NCBI GenBank assembly: GCA_028534125.1
Contig: CM052817.1
Span: 60,080,001-60,144,000, forward strand
Length of the DNA: 64,000 nt
DNA from: Lama glama
Lineage: Eukaryota
Reading direction: 5' to 3'
Position 1 is the first letter of the stretch, and every line of letters starts with the position of its first letter. A model generated the notes under the pieces. It was not told the DNA's origin. It did not search any database and saw nothing but the letters and a program-made list of their open reading frames with translations. Positions 51,856 to 64,000 of this stretch are shown piece by piece. The position numbers and the translations under genes were made by a program.

Positions 51856-53550
51856 TTTATTTTTTTCACATTTTTAAAAGTAGAGTATAGTTGCTGTATA
51901 ATTTTGTAAGTTGCAGGTGTATGACAGAGTGATTCACAATTTTAAAGGTTATACTCCAGTTGTAGTTCTTATAAAATATTGACTATATTTCTTGTTTTGT
52001 ACAATATATCTTTGTATTTTATAGCTATTAGTCTGTACCTCTTACTCCCCAACGCCTTTATAAAAACCTCTCCCTGCTTCCCTCCCCCAACTGGTAACCA
52101 CTTGTTTGTTCTCTATATCTCTAAGTCTGCTTCTTTTTTTGTTATATTCACTAGTTTGTTGTATTTTTTTAGATTTCACGTATAAGTGATACCATAAAGT
52201 ATTTTTCTTTCTTGGTCTGACTTATTTGACTTAGTATAATGCCCTCCAAGTCCATCTGAGTTTCTGCAAATGGTAAAATTTCATTCTTTTTTGTCTGAGT
52301 AGTATTCCATTATGTGTATATACCACATATTCTTTGTCCATTACATCTGTATGGACACTTTGGTTGCTTCCATATGTTGGCAATTGTAAATTGTGCTGCT
52401 ATGAACAGTGGGGTGCATGCATGTATCTTTTTGAACTAGTGTTTTTTATTTTTAGGGATTATTCCCAGGAGTGGAATTTCTAGGTCATTTGGTACTTCTA
52501 ATTTTAGTTCTTTTGGAAACATCCATACTGTTTTCCACCATGGCTGTACTGATTTACATTCCCACCAACAGTGTACTAGGATTCCCTTTTCTCCACATCC
52601 TTACTTTTGTTTTTTGTGTTCTTTTGATGATACCCATTCTGACAGATGTGAGGTGATATCTTATTGTAGTTTTGATTTACATTTCTGTGATGATTAGCAA
52701 TGTTGAATATCTTTTCATGTGCCTGTTGTCCATCTGCATTTCCTCTTTGATAAAATGTGTATTTGGTTCTTTTGCCCATTTTTTAATCAGGTTATTTTTT
52801 TGACATTGAGTTTTATGAGCTGTTTATGTATTTTGGATATTAACCTCTTATTAGTCATATCATTTGCAAATGTTTTCTTCCATTCAGTAGGTTGTTTTTT
52901 TCATTTTGTCAGTGATTTCCTTTGCTGTGCAAAGCTTTTAAGTTGAGTTAGGTCCCATTTGTTTATTTTTGCTTTTATTTCCTTTGTTTTAGGAAAGGGA
53001 TTCAAGAAAATCTTGCTGTGATTTATGTCAAAGAGTGTTCTGCCTATGTTTTTTCTCCAGGAGTATTAGAGTATCTGGTCTTACATTTTGGTCTTTAATC
53101 CATTTTGAGTTATTATTTATATAGTATTAGAGAATGATGTAATTTCATTCTTTTACATGTAGCTGTCCAGTTTTCCCAGCACTACTTGTTGAAGAGACTA
53201 TCTTGTCTCCATTGTATATTCTCACCTCCTTTGTCATTGATTAATTGACCTTAAGGGTGTGAGCTTACTTCTGGGCTCTCTAGTCTGTTCCATTGATCCA
53301 TGTGTCTTTTTTTTTGATGCTAGTACCATAGTGTTTTGATGAATGTAGTAGCTTTTTAGTATGGCCTAAAGTCAGGGAATGTGATGTTTCCACCTCTGTT
53401 CTTCTTTCTCAAGATTGTTTTGGCTATTTGGGATCTCTTGTGTTTTCATAGAAATTTTAAAATTATTTGTTCTAGGTGTGGAAAATGCCATTGGCATTTT
53501 GATAGGGAGTGTATTGAATCTGTAGATTGCCTTGGGTCGTATGGTCATTT
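51856..53550 (-). mobile_element. L1 3' portion (ORF2 C-terminal part, 3'UTR and tail) of a 5'-inverted insertion
   Basis: Continuous antisense L1 homology (TTTACATTCCCACCAACAGTG, GCTGTCCAGTTTTCCCAGCAC, GAATCTGTAGATTGCCTTGGG); ORF disrupted. Confidence 0.92.
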
Positions 53551-54175
53551 ATGATTAAGAACTCCAGAAAGTGGGCATAGTGGGAACATACCTCAACATA
53601 ATAAAGGACATGTATGACAAACACACAGCTAACATCATACTCAACAGTGAAAAGCTGAAAGCATTTCCTCTAAGATCAGGAGCAAGACAAGGATGCCCAC
53701 TGTCACCACTTTCATTTAACATAGTTTTGGAAGTCATAGCCACAGCAATCAGAAAAGAAAAAGAAATTTAAAAGAATTCTAATTGGAAAAGAAGAAATAA
53801 AATTGTCACTCTTTACAGATGAAATGATACTATACATAGAAAATCCTAAACACACCACCAGAAAACTACTGGAGCTCATCAGTGAATTCAGTAAAGCTGC
53901 AGGATACAAAATTAATATATAGAAATGTGTTGCACTTCTATACACTAACAACAAAGTATTGGAAAAAGAAATTAAGGTAAACATCCCATTTACCATTACA
54001 TCAAAAAGAATAGAATTCCTAAAAATAAACTTACCTAAGAAGGTAAAAGACCTGTACTTGGGACACTAGAAAACACTGATGAAATCAATTGAAGACTACA
54101 CAAACAGATGGAAATATATACCATGATCTTGGATTGGAAGAATCAATATTGTTAAAATGACTGTACTACCCAAGG
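53551..54175 (+). mobile_element. Inverted L1 ORF2 reverse-transcriptase fragment
   Basis: Translates to ..[49 protein letters not shown].. ([10 protein letters not shown] motif), in opposite orientation to the adjacent L1 piece. Confidence 0.95.
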
Positions 54176-54744
54176 AAAAGCAGTGATTTTAAAAGAGTGT
54201 TTTATAGATATCTGTTGAATTCAGATAGATTGTGTCAAAGTATTCAGGGCCAAAAATATATTTTTGTAGCACTAATTTGAAAGTATCAGTTATGGTAGCG
54301 TAATATCTTGTTAAAATTGGTTAAGAAAACATTTTTCCTTTTTAAAGGGTTTCCCTCATAACTTTATATCGCTATTTTAAAAACAAATATTAGTACCTGG
54401 CACAAAGCTATTGCCATTCCAGTGAATATTATCAATATTTCCTTCAGAAATATATGAGGTTGTGTAAGGTTTTTGTGTTTTGTTTTTGTTTGTATGGTTT
54501 TGTTTTGTTTTGCTTTGTGAGAGGAATTTAATTTAATGTCTCTGGCAAAGACAGAGTAAAGCCAATTTTTTTGCACCAAAAGCATTTTAGATGCTTCTAT
54601 TTTCATTTGGTTTTGTATTTATTTAGATCTTAAATATTGTCAACATTTGGCTTTAGAAAAATAGAGTGTTGTCTGTAGGTTATCTCTGCATTCTGGCATA
54701 AAGATGTCAGTTCTATGAGATGGAAGATTGAGGGAATGAGTAGT

Positions 54745-54900
54745 TTTAATCATTTAATCAGGAAATATATAAACGTCTTTTAAGAGCCAAACACTATATT
54801 ACTGGGGATATGGTAAATAATAAAACAGACTCTGTTCATACCCTGAACAAGAAGGTTGCATCAGAGAAGAAAGACATTAAGCAAATGATTTCCATTAACT
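54745..54900 (-). mobile_element. L2 3' fragment
   Basis: GCCAAACACT..ACTGGGGATATGGTAAATAATAAAACAGAC. Confidence 0.6.
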
Positions 54901-55789
54901 AAATATATTTAAATAACTAAATATTTCAGATATACAAGGGACTTTAGAGAGCTACTTGGTTAAAGACAGGTTAGAGAGTACAGTTATGTCTCTGTGTGCT
55001 TTCTGGCACTACATTTTATCTTAATTAGGCATACAGTTCCTGCTGAGGTCTGTGTGGCTTTAGTGATGGGATGGAGAAAATAGGGTAAGAGGGCATGGAA
55101 GGACATGCGTAGAATGTTCTGGGAATGCGATATGGTAAAACATAGCACTTAGACATATATTAGATAAATATATTCCCATATGCCCTGTCACTTTGCGTTA
55201 AAAATATATAGTGAAACCACTTCTCTCAATTTACTTAGCAAGGCTTAATAATCTACAGAGTACCGTAAACTCTGTAATACAGCAAAGACTTAAAGACTCT
55301 ACCTTTCTTAGAACTTGCTTTAATAGAGAGATGAGTCAAGGAATCACATAATTATAATATATTAATATGAAAATGGAGTGGTGACAATGACAACTATAAT
55401 TGTCTGTCAAGAGAAAGAACAGTGGTTGAAAATAATAAAGAAAATATGTATAAAAGAGGTGGCTCAAAAGGATAAAATTTAACAAGTGAAGATGGAATTA
55501 AGGGTAAAGAGAGTATCTCAAAGTATAAAAACAAACATAGGAAGATGAGACAAAATCTAAACTTTCTAAGGATAGAGTAATAATGTTTGCAGGCTACATG
55601 AGAGATTCAATGGATTGGGAAAATAAAGTAGGATGAACAAAAAATACATAGCGAAAGATAAATGGACCTGTGGGAAGCATTATAAACAGGGATAGCTGAA
55701 GATGCCTAGAGAAATAGGCTTGAACTACATATGCGTTTAGTACAGAGGAAATTGCTTGTTCAGGAAATTCTGCAGGCAATGCTTAGAAT

Positions 55790-55980
55790 GCTGTTTCTCA
55801 AACGTGACTGTACATTAATTAGTTTTACCCAGTGCCTCCTGCATCAGAATTGTATGAGATCCTATTGACAAGGCAGATTTCAAGGGCTATACCTTCAGAC
55901 ATAGAAAAATTTCTAAAGTGAGACCATTTCTCCACCCTCAACCTCCAAATAATTCTGAAGCTTACTAAATTTCGAGAATA
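55790..55980. mobile_element. MER5B-like hAT relic
   Basis: GTTTCTCAAAC..CTGCATCAGAATT..GCAGATTTC..TTCGAGAA. Confidence 0.5.
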
Positions 55981-56039
55981 ATTAGATGAAAGGCTATGGC
56001 AATTTCCTTTCAGTACATTTACTATAATTTGCATAAATC

Positions 56040-56370
56040 AGTTATACATCTTAAGAAACAAAGAAATGATATTGAGTGTACATATTCTTGTACAACTTGA
56101 AGAGAGTTTCCATATAACTTGTTGCTCAACCTCATTTTTTGAAATGACTACATTGTTTTCTATAAAAGAGCTATTCCATTAATAATTTAATCACTCCTCC
56201 ATTCATAAGCATTGACATTTCTTTGGCTAATTTGTGTTATTGCAAACAGTGTTGCAGTGGATATTCTTAAGCACAATTCTTTGGAATAGGTGCATGTGTT
56301 TCTGTAGAGGTTGAAGTTTTTTGATCAGTTGAAGGATTATTAAATTGTGGTAGTTATATTTCATTATATT
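56040..56370 (-). mobile_element. L1ME-like fragment
   Basis: CTCATTTTTTGAAATGACTACAT..ATAATTTAATCACTCC..ATTGCAAACAGTGTTGCAGTGGATATTCTT. Confidence 0.55.
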
Positions 56371-57501
56371 ACCAAAATGGTCATTATTTTATAACTGACT
56401 CTTTATAACCATATTGCTACTAAGGCTACATAACCCAGTTTCAAAATACAAACAGTGTTTGCTAAAAATGTTTTTCAAAATAGAAAATTAGAAATAAAAC
56501 CTTATGTTTGAGTCTTGAGTATCAGGGAATAAACTGAAAACTAACATTAAAATAACAAGGTAAATGATAGCCATTGATACGTGTTGATGATGATTCCAAA
56601 TTCAGACAGATGCATAAAGAGTATAAATAAAGAGCATAACAGTAACTATGTATTCCAGAGCTTAGCATTCTGAAGGATAGTGTTACCATCAAAATCTAGG
56701 AAGAGTTAATAAAACTATGGAACTATGTAATATCTTTCCTTTTCAACTGGGATTTGTACCCACAAAAAAATGTCTGTTCCTATGTGAGGACAAGATTCTA
56801 TACAGATTTAAAAAAATGGTTCTGATTCAATCTGCTTGGAGTCTGTAACCCTTTTATAGAAGTTAGGATTTAGAATTTAACATCAGGGATCCTAGCTTTT
56901 GCTGTCTAGAGGTTGCTCAGGCTAAATTAATAAATCCAAGTAGTTTAAAATTTAAGTCAAATATAGCCCACCTTTAGAATTTCTGTGAGATAGGTAATAA
57001 ATTGAGAGAACATAAAACAATTTACATTAGACTAGCAATTTACTTCCTTTAAAAATGACAAGTAAATAAAAAAAGGCACTTTACTCAAAATTTTTAAAAA
57101 TTTCACAATTAAAATAATAAACAATTCAGCTAAAGCAGATCAGATTTGACAAATGAGTCACTTTATTTTACTTTAAAGCACAAATACACAAAAGATGTTC
57201 TAAACACTGCCTTATGATTTATGTGTAGTAAAAAAAAGAGAGAACGCTGTAGCCCAAAGTGGCTTTCCTCATCTTGACTGTTTACTGGAAAATATAGATA
57301 TTATTTCTTTATAATGTGTATATATGGGCTTATAATACCCAAACCCTACTCCTGGATACAGTTCCCCTTCCTACTTCATGTCATCATCTTTCACTTGTTG
57401 CCAACATAACAGCAATCTCAGTATATTGTATCCAGCTATCCCTTTAGACAATTCTTTGAGAATAGTATCACAAGGCTGAATTTGACTTCAGGAGCCTTAC
57501 A

Positions 57502-58123
57502 CAGTGGTTTTCAAATTCTTAGTCTCTGTACCCCTTTACACTTTTAAAAAATAGTGAGAACTCAAAGATCACAGAAGTTGGCAAGCTATATATGGCCTGC
57601 AAGTCAGATACAGCCTCTCTCCTGTTTTTGTGTATAGGTATCATTTAAACAGAGCTACTTCCCTTTATTTTTGTATTATCTATAGCTGTTTTCTCTGTAA
57701 TGGCAGAGTTGAGTAGTGTGACAGGTGCCATATGGCCTGCCAAGACTAAACTCTTTACTATCTTGTCCTTACAGAAATTGTCTACTAGCCTCTGGTTTGT
57801 GTGGATTATAGCTGCTGATTTTTCCATATAAAAAATTAAGGCTTAGAAAATTTTATTTTTTTTCTTTTTTGGTTTTATTAGGTAGAATTACTACAGCTTG
57901 ACTGAAAATCTTAAAACTGACAAATACACAAGGACACTTTCCACTGACCATCAGAACTAATGATCATGCAGCTTTTGGGAAACCACTGTACATTCATGAG
58001 AAAATAAGAATGAAAAAAGCAAATAATGTCTCAGTATTCCTATGAAATAGTTTTAATCTCCTTTGAGACTCTGAATGTGTACAAGTATGCTGGGGCATCT
58101 CAGACCATATTTGAGAGCAGCTG
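57502..58123. mobile_element. hAT-Charlie element (Charlie1/MER119-like)
   Basis: Terminal inverted repeats CAGTGGTTTTCAAA and TTTGAGAGCAGCTG; internal ACCCCTTTACAC and CCACTGTACATTCATGAG. Confidence 0.75.
57572..57794. mobile_element. MER58A-like hAT element nested in the Charlie element
   Basis: CAGAAGTTGGCAAGCTA..GGCAGAGTTGAGTAG..ATATGGCCTGCAA..TTTACTATCT..CCTCTG, about 220 bp. Confidence 0.8.
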
Positions 58124-60628
58124 GAATAGTATATGGCAAGTAGTAGCTATTCAGTAAATACTTGGATGAATGAGCAACAGCAACAAAAGAGAGCAAATAT
58201 TTCTAATAGTGCCTTACAATTTACAAAGAACTTTTTATGTCCATTTCTATTTGAGGAAAGTTTAAGGAGGCAGAAATATCAAAGAAAATGGTTTTAGTAT
58301 AGGAGATGTTAGAGCATGTTTTAGGTTGAGGGGAAAGTTGAACCTATGGCCCAGTGAACATGATTAAGGATGTATGTAACAGAAAGAATTGATATAAAAT
58401 GGCCCATATAAAAGCATCTTAAATGACTTAGCTGAATTTTTGATAGTGTAGAAAGTGGTATAATAAAGTCCCACAGTTAAAAATATGATGTAATATTGTA
58501 ATATGTGGGGGACTAGAAGAGAAATCTTAGGAATAGTGAAACACAAATCATTTTCAAAAGAAAATCTTCAAAGGAGGGTTGCTAGGGGAAGTTTTACAAT
58601 GGAAGACAGACTGCCTTCAAAAAAGTTAGGGAAGACTGTTCTCAGTTTTAGAGTCTTTATTGACTTACTCTGTATCTGTACCCTTCAGGTAAAATTTTTA
58701 AAACAGTTTAAATTTACTATCTGACCTTATGTATAAGAAAAACTAAAAATATAAAATTTCAAGAAGAAGTTTAAATTTATTTGAGGGGGAATTAGAAATG
58801 GCCAAAGAATATTTCAGCACTTCTTTTGTAATCTGAAGGTAATTTAAGAATTGCTTCTGGTTTCTTGTTCACCAAGATACTTTGCCCTTCCTTGCTCTAT
58901 TCTGTGAAAGTAGGGGAATTTGGACTGGCATCTAGTTATTCTCATCACCCATGTAACTGCAATCAAATGCATTCTCCACTATTAGTTAAGTACAATCCAG
59001 TTGTTGTGGTTAAACAGTATGTGATAAATGTTTGAGTCACATGAATGAATTTTATTCAGGGTATTTATGGAAAATGGCTTCTTTTATGTGTATTGCTTAA
59101 CTATACATTTTATTCCTGGGGGAGATATCTAAATGCTGCACAGTATTCAACTATTTGATTCAAAGAATGTTTAAAAGAAAAATAGAGATCAGCAATTATG
59201 AGCCTAAGCCTATCTAGAAACAACTTGTTCTGGTATGCTCTTGAAAACAAACACAAACGAACTTCAGTGAGCCATGCTGTTTTACCTCCTTCAGGATTAT
59301 ATTTACATTATCTGCACAGCAGGACGAGAAAGTAATCCCTGTGGAGATATTAAGGAAATCATTTATTTTTCTGTTAGATACACAAATGTGTGACTGTGTA
59401 TTTTACCATACATAATAGCTTTTAATTGGGACACATGAAAATTGAATATCACTACCATGTGTGACATGTGAATTATAATGTGATATTTGTAAATATTTTA
59501 GTAGTTACCATTTGCCAGATGGAAGTAATGTGTGTTTTTGCAAGTCTGAAACATCTTTTTATGATAATTTGTATTTGAGGTAATTTATTTTGTCTTTGCA
59601 ATGTGGATTCAAGTTCTCTGCACTGTAAGTAGTATTCTAAGCTTTTGGCAAATCAAACAATCCTAAGTATGAATACACATCAAGATGAATGTTAAGAATT
59701 AATTTGACTAATGAATATTAAAGGGAAATGTTTTCTCTCAGCATGTGCAGTATTTGAAATAAAAGAGCTGAACAAAATTCCCATGTGCATTTTTGCTCAT
59801 CACATGTAATCTTGGAAAAATAACTCTAGAGGTGATCTTTCAACATGGAGGAAGTGACATTAAAGCCTATATTCTATTAAACATGAAAGTTTATCCCCAA
59901 ACATTGGAATGTTATTGCCTATTTTTAGGTGGTAAGTTAATATAATTCTCCTTTATCTGTATTTTGTGATCCAGAAGACATATTTTCTAGAAATTTCAGT
60001 TTCTGTGCAAGAAGCTTTCCTCCCCCTTTTCTTTCTCTTTATGGGCTCCTCTCCTTTATTCCCAGACTTCTGTCACCTGTATCACTCTTTTAAGGTACTA
60101 TGGATTTTTTTAAAAATCAGTGTAAACTAGGCTTGGTATGAGTTCTTTGGTTACCAGTACCAGCAATAGAAATAAAGCATTATATTGTTCCGCTTGCCTT
60201 TTCTACTGATTGACTCAATAGGTTATGTTGCCTGGTACCCTGCACATCAATTGGTATGTCTAGGAAAGCTATGGCAGACAAATTGTGAACCTTTCAGAAA
60301 AGCATGTGTAATTTAGCATTTCCTGATGCATGCTTGAAGAGCTGCTTGTCGGTGCTTTCAGTCATTTTAATGAGATATCTTAGTTTAATTTACAAATTTG
60401 CTAAAGACAACTTGATGTTGTTATGTTTAGACTTTGTTTCTTATTTTATAATGTATGTTTTGAGAGTTCTTGATGCTGTAAAAGAATAAAGACACTTCAT
60501 CTTTCTCCTGATACTGAATCTGCAAACAAAATAGGAAAGGAGATAAAGCAGAATTAGAAATGACTTTTCAGGTATCAAACAAGATTAAAAGGTTTCAAGT
60601 CTCTAGTATTGATCATAGTAAGGTGGAT

Positions 60629-60629
<1 letters not shown>

Positions 60630-60666
<37 letters not shown>
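60630..60666. repeat. Perfect (CA)n microsatellite, about 18 units
   Basis: Visible directly in the sequence. Confidence 0.97.
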
Positions 60667-60668
<2 letters not shown>

Positions 60669-61080
60669 CGCAAACACACAACTCTGAAACAAAATTACAT
60701 TTTCTTTTACTAATTGTTAACAGGATTATGGTTAAATCTGAGACTCAAGGAAGTATTCTCCTAGTATTTGAATCCATTTGAAGCCCTACATGAGAGTTTA
60801 CAGTTTTAAAATGTCCCAGGAAAACACATATCTTTGCGCAATGTGATGGAATTAAAGTGCTATGAACAGTTGCAAGAGAAGCTAAATGAAAGACACAAAA
60901 TTTAAAGGATATGCTATTTCATACATAAATTGCTGGCATCCACTTTATAAATGGGAATTAGATTTGTAGTCTATAAAAATTCTTAAGTAACTGTGATTTA
61001 CATTTTTCTGTTAGTTGCTACAGTTTAATATTTCTCCTAGTGCACTGAAATTTGTTAATGCTACTTTGTGAGTGCCTAAC

Positions 61081-61138
61081 ATGAAAATGTTATAAACAGA
61101 AATACACTAATGAAAATGTTATAAACAGGAATAGAGCA
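61081..61138. repeat. 29-bp tandem duplication (ATGAAAATGTTATAAACAG core)
   Basis: Identical 19-mer at 61081 and 61110. Confidence 0.9.
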
Positions 61139-61589
61139 ATGACATAATCAGGTAGCTCAGCATCTTTGCAAGGGTGCAATAGTGAGAGCTTAAAGTGTTT
61201 GCAATTAATAGCTTCTCTCTTTTCTAGGTGGCTGTTTGCCTAAAACAGAAGAATTGGCGGAATCAATTATGAATATTAAGTTAATATTAGATTCTGTTAT
61301 TCTTGGCATTAGATCTTAAGGAGCTCTATTTAGAGGAATGCTGCATAGGGTCAGTCAGGTATAGTTAGTGAAGAATGATTTAAAATCAGGACACCTAGTT
61401 TTTTCATTTCACTTTAATCCTAGCAAACTCAATGATCTTTTACAAATCATTGACTTAGTGGTATCAGTCTGTTCCTGTCTGTGAAAATAATTAATTTCTG
61501 ATCTTCTATATTGATACAAATTATTTCCTGAAAATGTATTATTTTCAAATTTTACTATACAAATAATAATCTATGTGCTTGTGAAAAAT

Positions 61590-61738
61590 TTAGATGCCCA
61601 GCTGCCATACCAGAGATCTTAACTCAGTAAGTCTTGGGTAGATTCCAGGAATTTGCCCTTCTCGTTTGTACTCCATGGCAGGTGGACCACATATCACATG
61701 TGTACCACATGTGGGTGGACCACATTTTTGTGCTACCT
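61590..61738. mobile_element. MER5-like hAT relic
   Basis: GATGCCCAG..CCAGAGAT..TCAGTAAGTCTTGGGT..CCAGGAATTTGC..GCAGGTGGACCACA. Confidence 0.55.
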
Positions 61739-64000
61739 TAGGGGTCTGGCTAAGTCCTCCCTTATTCCTAGATTCCAGTTGGAACAGTCTTTATGAAGCC
61801 AAAGATTAAATTAATTCTCCTAATAACAGAAGAAAAATAATACTTAAAGAGATACTTTTTAGATAAACATAAATCTTTCCTTAGGGGGTTGAGTTGTGCT
61901 AAAAGCCTTCAGTGACAAACACCTTCATTGAATATGCATGTCCTCTCTTATTTTATGCTACAAAGCAAAATAATTGATACTAAAGCCATGCAACCTAACA
62001 AGTAGTATCTCTTCGTGTGAAATTCAAGGAAATAGTTCAAAGAAAAGTTTGAAAATCTGTTGCTCCTACTGTAACATTTTTATATTTGAAAAACAATAAA
62101 AGTAATATTTTTGCTTTTCTTGGCACGCTGTTTCTCTAAATGAGTAATCTCTAAATAGATTACTTTTATTTGGTATAAGTCCTGAGATTCTGTTCTTCAT
62201 AACTAGTCCAAATCGGACATGAACACTGAAGCCCCCAAACAACTGGTTTCTCAACTAATCCTGATTCCAAGGTCTGCTCTTATCAAGTAGAATTAGGATA
62301 TGGACGGTTTATATGGGTTGACACATGGTCAGCTTGTAATCTTCCTACCAACTCCTTTCCTCATTAATCTAGGCTATACTTAATAATTGCTTTTCCCACA
62401 TAATGCAACAAATTAATTGCAAAATTCTGATTCTGCTAGAACTGTCAGGTAAACTTTGCTGAATTAAAGCCAACTGAAATTTTCCTATCAGGAATGTACT
62501 CACCTGTTTCTCAAAATAAATAAACCTGCACATTTTAAAATACTGCCAAACATATAACTATTTCAACAGGCACTATGTTTTTTTCAGAAATAATGATATA
62601 GCTGATGACCTGTGTTATTTTTCCACAGCTATAGTCTCACATATGCAGAAGTAGAAGTTAGGAGCTCATGTGGTGAGTTATGTATGTCATTCAATTAGCA
62701 TCTGATATTATTAGGTTGTTTTATTTCCAGATCATAGGATTCATACCCTATATTTAGAATGAAGATTTCTTTATAGGCACTTAAGTGTTAAATAACATTA
62801 GTTTACAAAAAGTATAACATTCCAGATGCATTCTTTTTCTATGTAAACAGATGCAGCATTATAAGTAAGTTGCATTTGGATGCCTGATTTCCCAGAGATA
62901 TTCTCTATGGCAGTGTAGGTCAAGTGAAATCGAAAGGTTATTGCCCAAAGGGAAACACTTGTAGTTCTCACTTCATTTTCATATCTTATCACTTACATAA
63001 TATGGTACTTAAACAAACAAACGAATATATAGATATATATAGTGCTTAAATTTTTTTCCTTCAGCAATTTTGACAACTGTGAGTATTAGGTTGTGGTAGT
63101 CACAATTATTTTATTATATTGTCTTCCCAAATTTTAGTAACATTTCTAAATTATGTCTCAATACATTTTAAGGAAATACATAACAATATCATCTTTAATT
63201 TTATTTTCCTTTATCTTCTTTCTGTTATACAAGCTAAGGACAGTAAAGAAAAAGCCAAAGTGCAAATAAGCAGGGCTGCAGTAAATTGAATAAAGGTCTT
63301 TAGCTGACAATGATGAGATTCTTCTGGAGAAGTTGCCAAATTGCAATGTTTGCAACTTTACAAAAACTCTTAGGAAAAACCTAGGGGTAATCTCACTAAA
63401 TACCATCGTTGGGTTTTTAAGAAGGCTGTATCATGTTATGCTTGTGAACTCATTATAGTAATGTAGTCCAGACTTTCTCTAGGGATCATTAATAATGTGC
63501 TTTATAGGCTTGGCCCTACTGGACAAAAGTTCTAACTTTGCTTGCCCGCAGATTATTTGTTTTACCTAAAAGCACTTGAGGTACTTGAGACCATAAAAGA
63601 TCTGAGGTATATAGTAACAACAGAGAAGAAGTGGCACACCTGAAACACTCCTGGTCGAATACAAGGGTCCAAAATCCAGGAAGTAGCTTTTTACATAATA
63701 CAGTGGTTACTTACATCATTCATAGTAATAAATGATATTTGCTGGATGCTAATCTCAAATAGTTTAGTTCTTTATAATGAAATTTCTCATGCTTAAATGA
63801 GAGAGTTTATTTACTTACATTGAGTCATAATTTAGAAATGTTACTAAAATTTGGAAAGACAATATAATAAAACTCATTAGGTTGTGACTACCACTCAGTA
63901 ATCTAGATCAATCATCTTATAGAAAAAAAAACCATGTGGACAGGTGCTGAGAAGTAGTATCTTCTGTGTTGTGCCAGAGGAGCCAACTAGAAGCAAGTGT

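Noticed and set aside
53571..53771. Reverse-transcriptase ORF as a functional or novel RT system
   Set aside because: Short disrupted L1 ORF2 fragment in a truncated, inverted insertion.
62504..62542. 39-nt minus-strand exon candidate ending in CAG|GTGAGT (YFKMCRFIYFEKQ)
   Set aside because: Poor acceptor, unrecognised peptide and no partner exons.
1..64000. Inferring a host gene strand from retroelement orientation
   Set aside because: L1 and LTR copies occur on both strands with no clear bias, so intronic versus intergenic cannot be decided.

Overview
AT-rich (roughly two-thirds A+T by eye) mammalian nuclear DNA, most likely from a camelid, because two tRNA-derived SINEs resemble the camelid Vic-1 family. 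I could not support any protein-coding exon, RNA gene or prokaryote-type system; the six-frame ORFs are chance ORFs or pieces of L1/LTR elements. The window is intergenic or deep-intronic. It holds the 5' end of a relatively young minus-strand L1 broken by a 500-N gap, a twin-primed 5'-inverted L1, several truncated L1 3' ends with surviving target-site duplications (TSDs), MaLR/ERVL/ERV1 solo LTRs, many MIR/L2/CR1 relics, hAT DNA-transposon relics and short tandem repeats. Repeat family names come from recalled consensus sequences, not a database search, so subfamily names and most boundaries without TSDs are approximate. The best leads are modest: an antisense ORF and splice donors in the L1 5'UTR (reminiscent of primate ORF0), a micro-inversion with telomere-like hexamers inside an MLT1 LTR, a templated-insertion-like scar, and a back-to-back SINE/L1 junction. 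I found no convincing new biological system.
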